The position numbers and the translations under genes were made by a program. Positions 16,338-27,900 of a stretch of 64,000 nt of DNA are shown here, piece after piece (positions within the stretch are counted from its first letter, which is position 1; every line of letters starts with the position of its first letter). This stretch comes from a virus: positions 10,486 to 74,485 of the IMG/VR virus record IMGVR_UViG_3300025705_000005. One strand, given 5' to 3'. The notes beneath the pieces were generated by a model that worked only from the letters and a program-made list of their open reading frames with translations, had not been told where the DNA came from and searched no databases.

Positions 16338-18122
16338 TTACCATTTTCTACAAGACCAATAGTTTGCTTTCCATTTTGGTCCAGGGTTATCACAATTCAT
16401 TCTAGCTCTAAATGATTTTCTAGCTTCTGGATTATCTTTTTTGATTACCATTCCTTTTTGCCCAAAGTGAACTACTACAACATTTCCTTTTTCGTTCTTA
16501 ACATATACTTTGAATTTTTTAGAATCACCTTGCATTGGTTTGTTAAGTTCTACTTTTCTACCTTGATACTCAGCCTCTTCAATTACTTCAGAAGTATTTT
16601 CTTTTTTCATAAGTTTGTAAGCCGTATGCCCCATCATTACGATACCACTCTTAACAAACTTATCTTTATTAGATTGTTTTTTAAGTGCATCATATACTTG
16701 AATCATTAGGTTTGCTGAATTCATATCAACTCTTACCTTCTTACCACTCTTAGTATCTTTAATCAAATCGTTTTGTGAATCTTTTACGATTTTTCTTAAT
16801 TGAGTAATTACTTCAGGTTCTTTAGCTTCGTTGATTGATTCGTTTACACCTTTGAATCTTCTTTTAATATCGTTGTAAAATTTCTTATGATATTTTTTAG
16901 GAATATGGTCTGATTTTAAGTAATCATATAAATCTTGCTCATCACTCCACATTTGCCCTGCAGCTTCATGTTGTGTTGAACTATACCCAGCAGCGATATC
17001 TAACATAGTGTACATATCATTATGATTTAAACTTTCGTTTACCGATTCATTTATATCTTCAATGGTAGCTGCCATATTACCAATTGCCATAGTTACGTTT
17101 CCGTTTCTCTGATATAAATAATACTTAACACCTTTTGGGTTTGTTACATTCTGAAGGATTATACGTTCTACTTTTTGTTTACCTACTAAAGTTTTACCCT
17201 TAGTTACTTTGAATTTTGCTTCATTACCACTACTCATTGATGAACCATACTTAATTGTAATCTCATCACCTTTTTTGAGTTTATCGTAAATCTTAAATCT
17301 GGCTTTCATATCCATAGATTTACCTTCGGTTAATCCCTGTTGGTTGTTTATTTCATTTACTTTTTGTTCGATAGTATCAACGTGTGATTGAATATAAGAA
17401 TGTTCTTGTTCCAATCCCATTATTTTTGCCATCTTCATAATATTTTTTGCGATATTATTAGCAACCATTGAATAATCTCTCTCAGGGCTGTATCCTTCTC
17501 TCTGAATATGTTCTTCTATAAAGAAAAGTGCATCTTGTAATCTTACACTTCTTTCAGCCATATCCATATCAACACCTTTGGATTCTATATCACCATATAG
17601 TGATGATGCGCCAGGACACATGTGGAAGTATTTAGTTTGGTATTCACCTATCTTAATTTCTTCTTTATCATTTTCATCTTCACCCATTGTACTCATATCT
17701 TCATACTCATGTGAGTGGGTTACTTCTTTAATATATTGAGTTACAAAGCTTCTAAAATTTTCATTCATTCCTTCTTTAAGAGAAGTTACTTTAGCACCTA
17801 CGGGCCCACCAATAAACATTGAAACAAAGAATGCTATCGCATCAATGATATCATACCCATCCCATTTTGCTGCCTTAGCGATTGGTTCACCATGATTCTG
17901 TTCGATTGAATCTTCCAAATCTTTTCTACCAGCATATTTGGATTGTTTTGCTTTAGGAAACATTGAATCCACTTTCTTAGCCTCACTATGAAAGTTTGCA
18001 TCTCTTAGTGCTCCTATTAGAATGTGTTTTACTCCATGATGTACTTCTGGGTCTGAACCTTTGTACCCTTTGAAGTATGCATCTAAGTCTTTTTTAACTT
18101 TTTTATTTAATCTTGGATTCAT
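16338..18122 (-). CDS. Modular putative internal head protein (candidate polyprotein)
   Basis: 594 aa. Modules separated by LKEGMNE, LTEG, INESVNES, VNESINEA and IEEA linkers. C-terminal HFG...RKSFRAR..C...YWSC module is recalled from other phage proteins. Confidence 0.6.
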   Translation of the reverse strand: MNPRLNKKVKKDLDAYFKGYKGSDPEVHHGVKHILIGALRDANFHSEAKKVDSMFPKAKQSKYAGRKDLEDSIEQNHGEPIAKAAKWDGYDIIDAIAFFVSMFIGGPVGAKVTSLKEGMNENFRSFVTQYIKEVTHSHEYEDMSTMGEDENDKEEIKIGEYQTKYFHMCPGASSLYGDIESKGVDMDMAERSVRLQDALFFIEEHIQREGYSPERDYSMVANNIAKNIMKMAKIMGLEQEHSYIQSHVDTIEQKVNEINNQQGLTEGKSMDMKARFKIYDKLKKGDEITIKYGSSMSSGNEAKFKVTKGKTLVGKQKVERIILQNVTNPKGVKYYLYQRNGNVTMAIGNMAATIEDINESVNESLNHNDMYTMLDIAAGYSSTQHEAAGQMWSDEQDLYDYLKSDHIPKKYHKKFYNDIKRRFKGVNESINEAKEPEVITQLRKIVKDSQNDLIKDTKSGKKVRVDMNSANLMIQVYDALKKQSNKDKFVKSGIVMMGHTAYKLMKKENTSEVIEEAEYQGRKVELNKPMQGDSKKFKVYVKNEKGNVVVVHFGQKGMVIKKDNPEARKSFRARMNCDNPGPKWKANYWSCRKW

Positions 18123-18124
18123 TT

Positions 18125-18709
18125 TTATGCTCCGTTATTTTTTAGCTTATCTATAAAGTTTTCTTTAAAGGTTTTAAATTCGTTATCAATTTTTTCTACC
18201 ACTTCTTCTTCTGTCATTCCTTCATTCCATTTTTCAATAGAACCATCTTCATTTATAAAAGATGCTTGAAGAGTTGATTTAATAACTTCCTTTTCCATCT
18301 CAGCTTGTTTTAACCAAGCTTCGGCGTTTGCTAGTAACTTTTTCTTTTCATACTCTTCGTACTTACCATCTAATTTTAATTGATGTTCCATTTCTACAAC
18401 ACAATTTAAACACATACCATGTATAGCTTTCATTTTTAAATCAGCTCTACTTGGTTCTGTAGTAGTACAAGTTTCTTTGTTGCAATTAGGAAATGAATTT
18501 AACTCTTCTCTGAGTTTAGCCATTTTCCCAATCTTAACTTTGTAACCATTTCGTTGTTCCCACTTTTGATTTTTATCATCAATCCAAGTTTCTCCAACTT
18601 CACGTCTTTCAACGACTTTATCAGCAAATGAGATGCTTTTTTTAGTTTGGGTTTTGTGTTGCCCACTTAACATTTCACTTACTGCTTTAATATTTTTTAA
18701 CTTTGCCAT
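18125..18709 (-). CDS. Hypothetical protein with a possible Zn site
   Basis: REVGETW..KWEQRNGYKVK; CNKETC and CLNC cysteine pairs. Confidence 0.6.
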   Translation of the reverse strand: MAKLKNIKAVSEMLSGQHKTQTKKSISFADKVVERREVGETWIDDKNQKWEQRNGYKVKIGKMAKLREELNSFPNCNKETCTTTEPSRADLKMKAIHGMCLNCVVEMEHQLKLDGKYEEYEKKKLLANAEAWLKQAEMEKEVIKSTLQASFINEDGSIEKWNEGMTEEEVVEKIDNEFKTFKENFIDKLKNNGA

Positions 18710-18723
18710 AACTTATTATTTTA

Positions 18724-18731
18724 TATAAATA
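18724..18731 (-). promoter_or_regulatory. Putative late promoter motif TATTTATA
   Basis: Intergenic, 15 nt upstream of the start at 18709. Confidence 0.5.
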
Positions 18732-18745
18732 TGAAAATAAAATCT

Positions 18746-21043
18746 TTAAGAGTAAAATAACCCTAAAATCTGATTTAGTGATGCGAATGTACCTGTTAAT
18801 TTGTATGTTCCACCTTTATATGTGAATACAATACCCTCATTTGGTACAATCTTATCCTTACCACCTACAGCGGCTAATCTTTCTAATTCCATTTTTAATT
18901 TTGCAATCTTCTTTGGGTCTCCACTCTTCTGAACATCTTTGATTGTGGAATCCAATCTCTTCTTCATATCTCTAACTGCCTTATCAGGGTTAACTGTTAA
19001 TGCTGAACCCATAAATGAAAGTACATCTGCACCTACACCTAAGAATATATCTTCGAACTTACGAAGGTTTGTTTTAGATATTTTTGCTTTATCCTGTTTA
19101 TCAGTTTTGGTTGCCCAATCTAATACTTTAGAATCAGAAATATTCTTTTTGTTTAATCTAAATGAGTTATCATAGAATGCCCATCTTTTAACCAACGCCA
19201 TTTTAGTTTTGTTATCTAATGTAGATGGTGAATTTTTATCAACATATTGTTCCCACCATGCTTGATGGTAATCTGCAACACCATTAGAATCTTTTAGTTT
19301 AAATTCTTTTTGAACTTTGTTTAATTGTGAGTAGTACTTACCTTGTAACTTAGAAAGTTCTACCGATTGTGGTAGATTTACAACAGGTGGTCCTTGAATT
19401 GTATAATTCTTTTGAACATCCTGATTGATTTGTTTAATCATACCAGCTAATATTCTAGCAGATGAAGTATCAGCTCCAATTGCTTTTCCATTCTCATCAT
19501 AATCCATTGTTCCGTGGAATACTAAAAGTGGTTGTCCATAAGGAATCACATTTACTGATGTTGGGAATATAACTTCTATATTCATAAAGGATGAACCTTG
19601 ATTGAATACTTTATCTCTTTGTGCTTTTGATAATCCTTTGATTGCTTTAGATAAATCTTCCATAGCGAAATTGTATGCATCGGTTAATCCACCTCTACCT
19701 TGAAACTTAGAAGCTACTCCACTAATATCCAATGCGTTTTCACCACTATTCTTTAGGTGTCCACCATTACGAGCGGCGATTAATCCTTTATCATCTCTCC
19801 AACTAATAGCAAGTGCTTGTCCATCTGTTTTTTCTCTAGTGAATTCTAACTTACCATTTAAAGCGTTTGATATGATTGTTTTTAAATCACCAAACGTTAG
19901 ATTCATCTCTGTATCAAATGGGTGAGCCATATGTCCGTATGCTCCACCTTCAGTAATCAATCCTTCTTTTACTATATTTTCTGGTGAAGTTTCTTTTTTA
20001 GGTTCATTCTTAGAACTATCTTTTGATTTTTCAGCTCCTAAGAAATCAACAAGTTCATAACCTACCATAGTAGCTACTGTTGTTATCTTATCTGCCCATG
20101 CTTTGTAAGCATCAGTTCCTTTTAAATCAGTATATCTTTGAGATTGTGCATCTAATCCTGCAAGACCTGATGGGAAGTATGATACTGGGTATTTATCTTC
20201 AATATTTCTATTATCATCAGCGTATATAGTTTCATCATCGGTATCTAATATATAATCAACTACCAACCATCCTAATCTTTTTGCTGTTTCATCACCAACT
20301 GCTTTATATGATTTTGAGTTACCATAATATGCGCCTGGCCCATCATCAACACCTTGTGAGTTACCACCAACACCTACTTTGGTAGAATTGGCTTCTGATA
20401 ATAATTTATTAAAATCAAATGTAGATAAAAAAGATTCCATCTGCTTTGATATCTTACTTAGTTTACCTGTTATGAATTTGAATATCTTTGGATTAAACTT
20501 TCCATCGTATGCTTTTTTGAAACCAGCCTTTTTTGAATCATCACTACCTAATGATAATAACTTTCTAACTTCAGTTCCACTAATACCACCACTTTGAGCT
20601 GGTGCTACATAAACATATCCTTTATCTTCATATCCTTTTTCAATTCTATCAGGATGGTATGGTTCAAAGTATTTACCTTTTAATCTGTATCTATCCTTTT
20701 CACCAACTACAGTTACAAATGCTGTTTTAGATGAATCAAACTTACCTATAATTTCTTTTGGGGCGTATGGGTTTTTGATTTGAACAATTTTAGATGATGG
20801 AATGCCAAACATCTTTGTCATAATCATTTTCTTTTCATTAAACTTAAATGGTGATTTGATATTATCTGTTTTATTAGATGTACCAATCCACACATTATCT
20901 CTACCAAATTGTTTTACCAAATGTTCGTAGGTAGCATTATGCCCTTTATGAAAGGGTTGAAATCTACCAGCGTAAACTACTACCTTTTTTTCTATATTCT
21001 CAGTTAAGATTTCCTTAACCCATTCTTTAATTAATTTTCCCAT
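18746..21043 (-). CDS. Fusion of an HxGH (cytidylyl/adenylyltransferase-like) nucleotidyltransferase and a ligase-fold nucleotidyltransferase domain
   Basis: N-terminal YAGRFQPFHKGH and ISGTEVR. C-terminal domain (about 18746-19951) has EKTDG, EGIVF and YKLTG, resembling ligase/capping motifs I, IV and V. Confidence 0.7.
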   Translation of the reverse strand: MGKLIKEWVKEILTENIEKKVVVYAGRFQPFHKGHNATYEHLVKQFGRDNVWIGTSNKTDNIKSPFKFNEKKMIMTKMFGIPSSKIVQIKNPYAPKEIIGKFDSSKTAFVTVVGEKDRYRLKGKYFEPYHPDRIEKGYEDKGYVYVAPAQSGGISGTEVRKLLSLGSDDSKKAGFKKAYDGKFNPKIFKFITGKLSKISKQMESFLSTFDFNKLLSEANSTKVGVGGNSQGVDDGPGAYYGNSKSYKAVGDETAKRLGWLVVDYILDTDDETIYADDNRNIEDKYPVSYFPSGLAGLDAQSQRYTDLKGTDAYKAWADKITTVATMVGYELVDFLGAEKSKDSSKNEPKKETSPENIVKEGLITEGGAYGHMAHPFDTEMNLTFGDLKTIISNALNGKLEFTREKTDGQALAISWRDDKGLIAARNGGHLKNSGENALDISGVASKFQGRGGLTDAYNFAMEDLSKAIKGLSKAQRDKVFNQGSSFMNIEVIFPTSVNVIPYGQPLLVFHGTMDYDENGKAIGADTSSARILAGMIKQINQDVQKNYTIQGPPVVNLPQSVELSKLQGKYYSQLNKVQKEFKLKDSNGVADYHQAWWEQYVDKNSPSTLDNKTKMALVKRWAFYDNSFRLNKKNISDSKVLDWATKTDKQDKAKISKTNLRKFEDIFLGVGADVLSFMGSALTVNPDKAVRDMKKRLDSTIKDVQKSGDPKKIAKLKMELERLAAVGGKDKIVPNEGIVFTYKGGTYKLTGTFASLNQILGLFYS

Positions 21044-21077
21044 AGTAATAAATATCCTATTTTTAATTTAAAAGTGA

Positions 21078-21935
21078 TTATCCACAATGATAAGTACATG
21101 CAATTAATTTTGAAGATGATGGTTCGGTTGACCAATCTACATCTTCTAATGATTTTGCTACTGTATAATTTGCTAAAAATTCACTATTCTGTTTACACCC
21201 ATATCCACCAGAACCTGATGCGGTTGTTATATAATCACCATTTTCAATGTTACCATTTTGGGAACATACTAAAATTATACCATCACCAATCGACCACGCA
21301 GCGTGATAATCATCTTCACCTTCATCTCTTACTCGAGAATACATATATACACCAAATACTCTTTTGTCTTGATATGTTGATGATGTTACACAATATTCTA
21401 TTGGCTGAACATCTTTCCCTATAAGTTCTGATTTTACTACTGAAAGTATTGTACCTTCTGGATAAATATGATAAAGTGAGTTATCAATCGAACCCGTATC
21501 TGCTATTTTATCAGCCGATGTGGAATCTGATTGTAACAATACGGCTTTGTGTTCTCCAGTAAATGTATTATACGCCACTGTATAACCATATGCACTAATA
21601 GAACCCAATGAAATATTATTTCCTGCATAGAAATCTATAAGATAATTGTATTGATTATTACTATAATAACTCCAATCATCACCACATCTTATTTTTATTC
21701 CCTTATCACCATTGGAATAGCTGCTAGCGTAATTGTTCACTTGTAGAGCATATGTGCTTGTACCGGGTACGGTTATTTCAATTGGTTCAATTGAAGTAAT
21801 AGAACCTGATGAAATTAACCCCTCTCTGAATGTAATTTTTTCGTGAGAGTTATCAGTTGAATCTTCCATTACTAATGAACTTGATACTTTTGTAAATATA
21901 TATTTGTGTCCGTTAAATAAATCTTTATCTGCCAT
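21078..21935 (-). CDS. Tail-fibre-associated protein with a chaperone-like C-terminal domain
   Basis: FTGEH...DKRVFGV...SIGDG...NGNIENGDYITT...YTVAK resembles the C-terminal intramolecular-chaperone-type domains of viral fibres. Directly follows the giant fibre gene. Confidence 0.55.
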   Translation of the reverse strand: MADKDLFNGHKYIFTKVSSSLVMEDSTDNSHEKITFREGLISSGSITSIEPIEITVPGTSTYALQVNNYASSYSNGDKGIKIRCGDDWSYYSNNQYNYLIDFYAGNNISLGSISAYGYTVAYNTFTGEHKAVLLQSDSTSADKIADTGSIDNSLYHIYPEGTILSVVKSELIGKDVQPIEYCVTSSTYQDKRVFGVYMYSRVRDEGEDDYHAAWSIGDGIILVCSQNGNIENGDYITTASGSGGYGCKQNSEFLANYTVAKSLEDVDWSTEPSSSKLIACTYHCG

Positions 21936-21963
21936 ATTACTTTCCTTTTAATTTTTTAAACTA

Positions 21964-24900
21964 TCAATTTTGCACCAGTCCCTGTCCACTACGAGTAGTC
22001 AGAGTGTATGTTTGTAATAGTAACCCAAAGCTTGAGTAGCCCGATGTAATTGCACCATCATCAAATTGTATCCCATCATCTTGAATAGATAATTCTAATC
22101 TAGCAATATCATCTGACCCAGCGTTTGTTGGGAATAATATATCATTTATTACATATGGTGGTGCTACCTGTAATGTTAAATTCATTGTTACACTTCCACC
22201 CAAAGAACCATCTAAAACTAATGTAGTGTGGCCACTAACTGTTTGATAATAAGAACCTGAATTTGCACTATTAACATTTACAAACTTTTCAACAATATTA
22301 GTTGCGGTTACGAATCCTTCTTTAGTTACTTCAAAACCAGGACTTACAAAACCACCTAATTTCATAGAACCACTATCTAAACTTATAACTGAACCCTCAT
22401 TAGGTGATAGGTTAAGTGATTGTAGTTCACCAGTCTTAATTTGCCTTCCACCAATTTGTGTTCCAAGGTTTGTTTTTGGTTTTATTACTAAATCTCTAAC
22501 ATACGCAGAGTTAAGTCCATTCCCAGACCAATTTAATATATTCATTGAAAAGAATTCAGTCCCTGCTGATGGGGTGTAATTCGTTTGATATGTAATCCAT
22601 TCTTGTGGCCAATAAGAACCATTTAAGTTATTACTTACATTACCTACACCAGCTGAACCTGATATTTTTGTCCAACTTAAAGTAGCTTCACCACTAGTAC
22701 TAAGGGAACCTGGTTCTGAATTACTGCTGTTGGCATATGAAGCATGGGTTATAAATTTTACACCATCTTCTCGTGCACTTGCATCATTAGATTCATACAC
22801 TCTTAGATACATACCTGTTGTACCTGATGTATAGTTGGTAGCACCACCTTTAACAGTTATTGTTATTCTATATGCAGATGCTTCCTTTTTTATAATTTTG
22901 GTTGCCATTCCAATAGTAGTATCCCCAGGGTTGGATAATTCTACAACTTTACCAATAGTACCCCCGAAATCACTAAATTTTATATTACTTGCGACATTAT
23001 TCCCATATGTTGAAAAGAAATCTGCAGGTCTACCATCCAATGCGCTAATACCAGCCGATGGGTTTGTTATTTCGTTAAATAGATTTTCTACAGCTTCAGC
23101 AGGGTCACCAAGTGTAATTGCATTCCCATCCGCATCCAAAACAGAGATAGCTCCAGTTACTTGTACTGCCCCACCACTATCTATTTCGAAATTAGGAGTA
23201 CTGATTTCTAATTTACCAGCAGTATGATTAAATCTCATGTAATTACCACCAAGTTCACCAACTGCGAATTTAGCATTTGGTCCATCTAATAATATACCTT
23301 TTTCTGTAGTGTATGCCCCAGTACCACCAATTTTCATTACACCATCATTAAGATATAACGCAGTACCTGTATCGGTTGATAAGTTGTTTGATTTTATAGT
23401 ACCTGTTGTAATTGAATCACCACTAATTCTACTTGTACCACCAGAACTAAATTCTTTTATTTTTATATAATCAACATGCGTTATACCCTGCGTATCATTG
23501 TAGTTCAATAATAGATATGCTGATATGAATCCATTATTGATTTCAGCTCTCAACGTTCCAGGATTAGTTTTATCATCGTGCATCGTAGTATCACCATTTG
23601 AACCACCTGTTCTTGTTGCTCCTTTGAAATAACCTTTGAATGTTTGGAAATACCCAGTACCATTACCAGTACCTAAATTATTAGATGATAGAGTAATATA
23701 ATGACCTGAAGTATTATTATTCCCATCATAACCAACTCTAGTTACACCATCTGATTGCATTCCGTTTATACCAACATATGCTCTTGTATTAGATGTACCA
23801 GCCGTTCTTTTGATTCTAACTTCTACCTCATATAATGATGATTCATTAAATGGTATCAATGTATTAGAAATTATATTTGCTTCATCATCACCACTATTGT
23901 TTCCTACAACAAGCGCTTTACCTGAAATACAATCCGTATCTGCCTCTAATGATGGAGTAGAACTACTCGCCCCTTTGTTCCAAAACCAAGCATCACCTGT
24001 CCCATCCATCTTTGGAGCATTACCACCATTTGTATCACCTACAGCTGAGTATTGTGAGAAATCATCAAAGAATACTACATTACCATCTCCGTTATCAGGT
24101 CTACCTCTAAAGGTTACATCACCTGCGATTTCTACGTTTCCATTCGAACCACTAATATATTGTGAAGTTCCACTTCCTAATAAGAACTTATCTACTTCTA
24201 TATTTGCGTTTGAACCACTAATTAATAATGATTTATTAGTATTGTTCCATGCTAAGTAACCATCGCTTGGATTACTTGCTCCACTAGCATTTCCACCTAA
24301 GTAAAAATTACCACCACTATCTAAGAATGATGTGAAATCTGCTAATGTTGCGGTTGTTCCACTACCAATTGCCCCATGATATCCAAATACATCTGAGTTC
24401 ATTAGTAAACCTGCTGCTAACGTACCTTGTACTCCACTTAATGATGCATCTAAGAATGAGAAGTCTTGATTGTTTGCTCCTTGGTCTCCCTGCGGTCCAG
24501 CTTTAGATTTAGCTATTGAGTAAGTTTTAGATATTGAAACACCACCACTAACAGCTGTAAGTATTACAGAACCACTATCGGGTGTTAATGCTGAAATTGT
24601 TAGTACTCTGTTACTGATTGTTGCAGTGAGGTCTGTTGAGTTTTGGTTTGTTACAGTATAATTAGATGATACGTTTGTTACACCTTCATATATAAACATT
24701 TCAGTACCACTACCATTAAATGATGAAACAGTTCCATCATTAGCAGCTGGAACTACATCAGCTTCAGATGTTAGGAATGCCGTTACTGCATCTACCCCAC
24801 CAGCACCAGCTGCGCCAGGTTGAACTGCTACAATTGTAACTGTATCAAATGTTAATTCAGTTGTTGAATCAGCTGCTTCAGATACACTAACTGTAATTGT

Positions 24901-27900
24901 TTTTGGAGTTGAGAAATATGATGATGGAATTGTGAAGTTTTTTGTATCACCATTTGCTGATACTCCATTTGTATATGTAAGTTCATCTGTTATACCATCG
25001 CCTGTAAATTTAAAGTACCCATCTGTAAAGTTTTGTGAATTTGCTGATAATGTAATTGTACCACTTGGTGAAGGGTTTAACCCATCTGCATCATATGTTA
25101 CAACATTAGTTGCCGCAGTTAATGATACAGTTTTAGAACCAGACCCGGCTGCTCCTGGAGCTCCATCAGTACCTGCTCTAGATTTAACTAATGACATTGT
25201 TTTATCAATCTTTACAACCCCAGTTGATAAATTACCACTACCATCTTTTACTTCTTTAATTTCAATATAATCTAATCTAACTACTCCGTTGTTGGTAGGG
25301 TGACTAGCTATAAACATTGGTGATATATAAGTTGCGTTTGTATGGATAGTTTTTGGATTATTAATATCAGGAGATTCACCACTATTAGTTGCACTTGATG
25401 CACCATGACCTGAGAAATATCCTCTCTTAGTTACCCAATCTGTACCTTCGTTTTCACCAAATGAAAACCCAGCTGCAGCTATATAATGTTGACTACTAAA
25501 AGTATTGCTACCAACTACGTTACGTTTTGTGCTTTCATTACTCCAACCATTTACACCAACATAAACTGTTCCAGTACCAGAAACTCTTTTAAACCTAGCT
25601 TCAATATAATAAGTTTTAGTATCATCATAAGCAAATATATCTTTACCTGCTATCCAAACCCTATCATTATCAGCATTATTACCAAATTCAACATAGTTGT
25701 TTCTTAATTCACCATCACCTGAACCAATACTTATAGTATCAGGATTATCAACTAAGTGCCAATCGTTATCAGTTCCATTAATATCACCAGCACCCCCAAC
25801 AAGAAATTGTGAGGTAGCCCAATCTTCACCAGTTCTACTTCCCCAACCACTATGATGGATACCACCACTAATTGCAGTGATTATTACAGAACCACTATCG
25901 TGATTCATATTTGTAACATTTAAGGATGATGAATTAAATGAGTTAAAATCGTTATCAACAGTAATGCCTGTATTGGATACTCCATTGATAAAGTAGTTTG
26001 TTGTTTTATCTGTTACACCTTCAAAAATTGTAACATCAGTTTCTGCTCCTACATATGATGGAACTAAACCATCAGCACCTGCTGCTAATGTGTGTGATTC
26101 GTTACCTACTATAACAGTAATAGCATCAGTACCCGATGTACCATCTGCTCCACCATCTAAGGCGAATATTTTAAATGAATCACTTAAAGATCCTGATGTT
26201 ACTGTTATCGTTATTGGGTATTTAGCTTTAGGAGATGGTGAGTTTGTATTAAATACTAAACTACCACTTATTACTCCACTATTATTTGGTAATGAAGTAG
26301 GGGCAAATGTAGGTACATTATGACTACCACCAACTGCATCTATAATTGTTATATCAGATGCCGTTAAAGTTTTTCCTAAATTTTGTTGAGTAATAAATAA
26401 CTCAATTGTTGTATCATCAGGTGTTGTTGCTGATGCTGATGCAAACGCAAATACTTGTGAATCACCAGTTAATGATATTAAGGATGCTGATGTTCCTGGC
26501 GCTCCATCTGAACCATCATCTCCTTGCAGTGCTTGTGATATAGACATCAATTTAGTTAATACAACTGAACCTGATGTTGCTGTAATTTCAACTGAACCAC
26601 TAAATGGAGTTGTTGAATTTGTTATTGTTACAGTATCACCACTAGTCGTTGTTGTAATATGAGATGAAATTGAACCAGTGTTTATAGTATAATCATTGGT
26701 TACATTTGATGTACCTTGAAATACTAAAATATCTGTACTTGCTCCTGCGAATGATATTACATCACCTGATGAACTTACAGGAAGTGTATGTGAATCGTTA
26801 GTTAATAATGCCGTTATTGCTGATACACCTGATGTACCATCTGAACCACCCTCAACTTTAAATATTTTTACTGCGTCTTGAAGTGAATCTTTTGTTGCTG
26901 ATATGGTTAGTGGGAATTTTGATTTATCACTACCCATACCACCAGCATTTGTATTCCCTGCAAATGATACTGAACCACTTACTATACCCGTACCACTAAC
27001 AGCGTCTGTATTATCAAATGTAAAGTTTGTAATATTACCACCACCATTCATTTGTATTGTAACATCACTTGCTGAAATAGGTGCTACTAAATTCTGTTGT
27101 TGAAAACTAAATTCTATAGAAGATGGAGTTGCTGATGTATCTATAACATCATCGAATGCCATAACCTGTGAATCTAAACTACCAATAAGTAATTTAGCAG
27201 ATGTTCCATCTGAACCATCAGGCCCTTGTTTGGATTTAACCAAACTCATTATTTTATCTATACTTACACTACCACTTGAAGCGTTTATATTAACATAAGC
27301 GCTATCAGCTGTCATCGTTGATATGGTAACTGTGTTTCCACTATCCGATGCACTTACCCCAGCACCATTAGATGATGATATAACATAATTAGAAGTTACA
27401 TTTGTGATTCCTTCAAATACTTCCATATCCGTAGAACCACCCGCAAATACTGCAATTGAGCCAGATGAATCAGCTGCGAATGTATGTGATTCGTTTGTAA
27501 GGAAAGCAATTACTGCATCCGTTCCATCTACTCCATCTCCACCACCATCAATTTTAAATATTTTTAAACTATCTTCTAATCCATCTTTAGATACTTCAAT
27601 CGTAATCGGTAACTTACTTTTGGTGGATGAAAGAGTTGTATTGAATGTTATACTACCACTAACTTGACCTGTTCCATCTGTTACACTTGCAACAAATGCT
27701 GGGTCTGCTAAGGTGTTTCCACCTGAATCTTTTATTGTTATATCACCAGCATCTATAGTACCACTTAAATTTTGTTGGTTAACAATAATCAATACATCAT
27801 TATCTATTGGTGTATTAGATGATGCTGATGGGAATGAGAATACTTGTGAATCTGATGATAGTGATAACAACTTAGCAGCTGCTCCTGGTAAACCAGCAGT

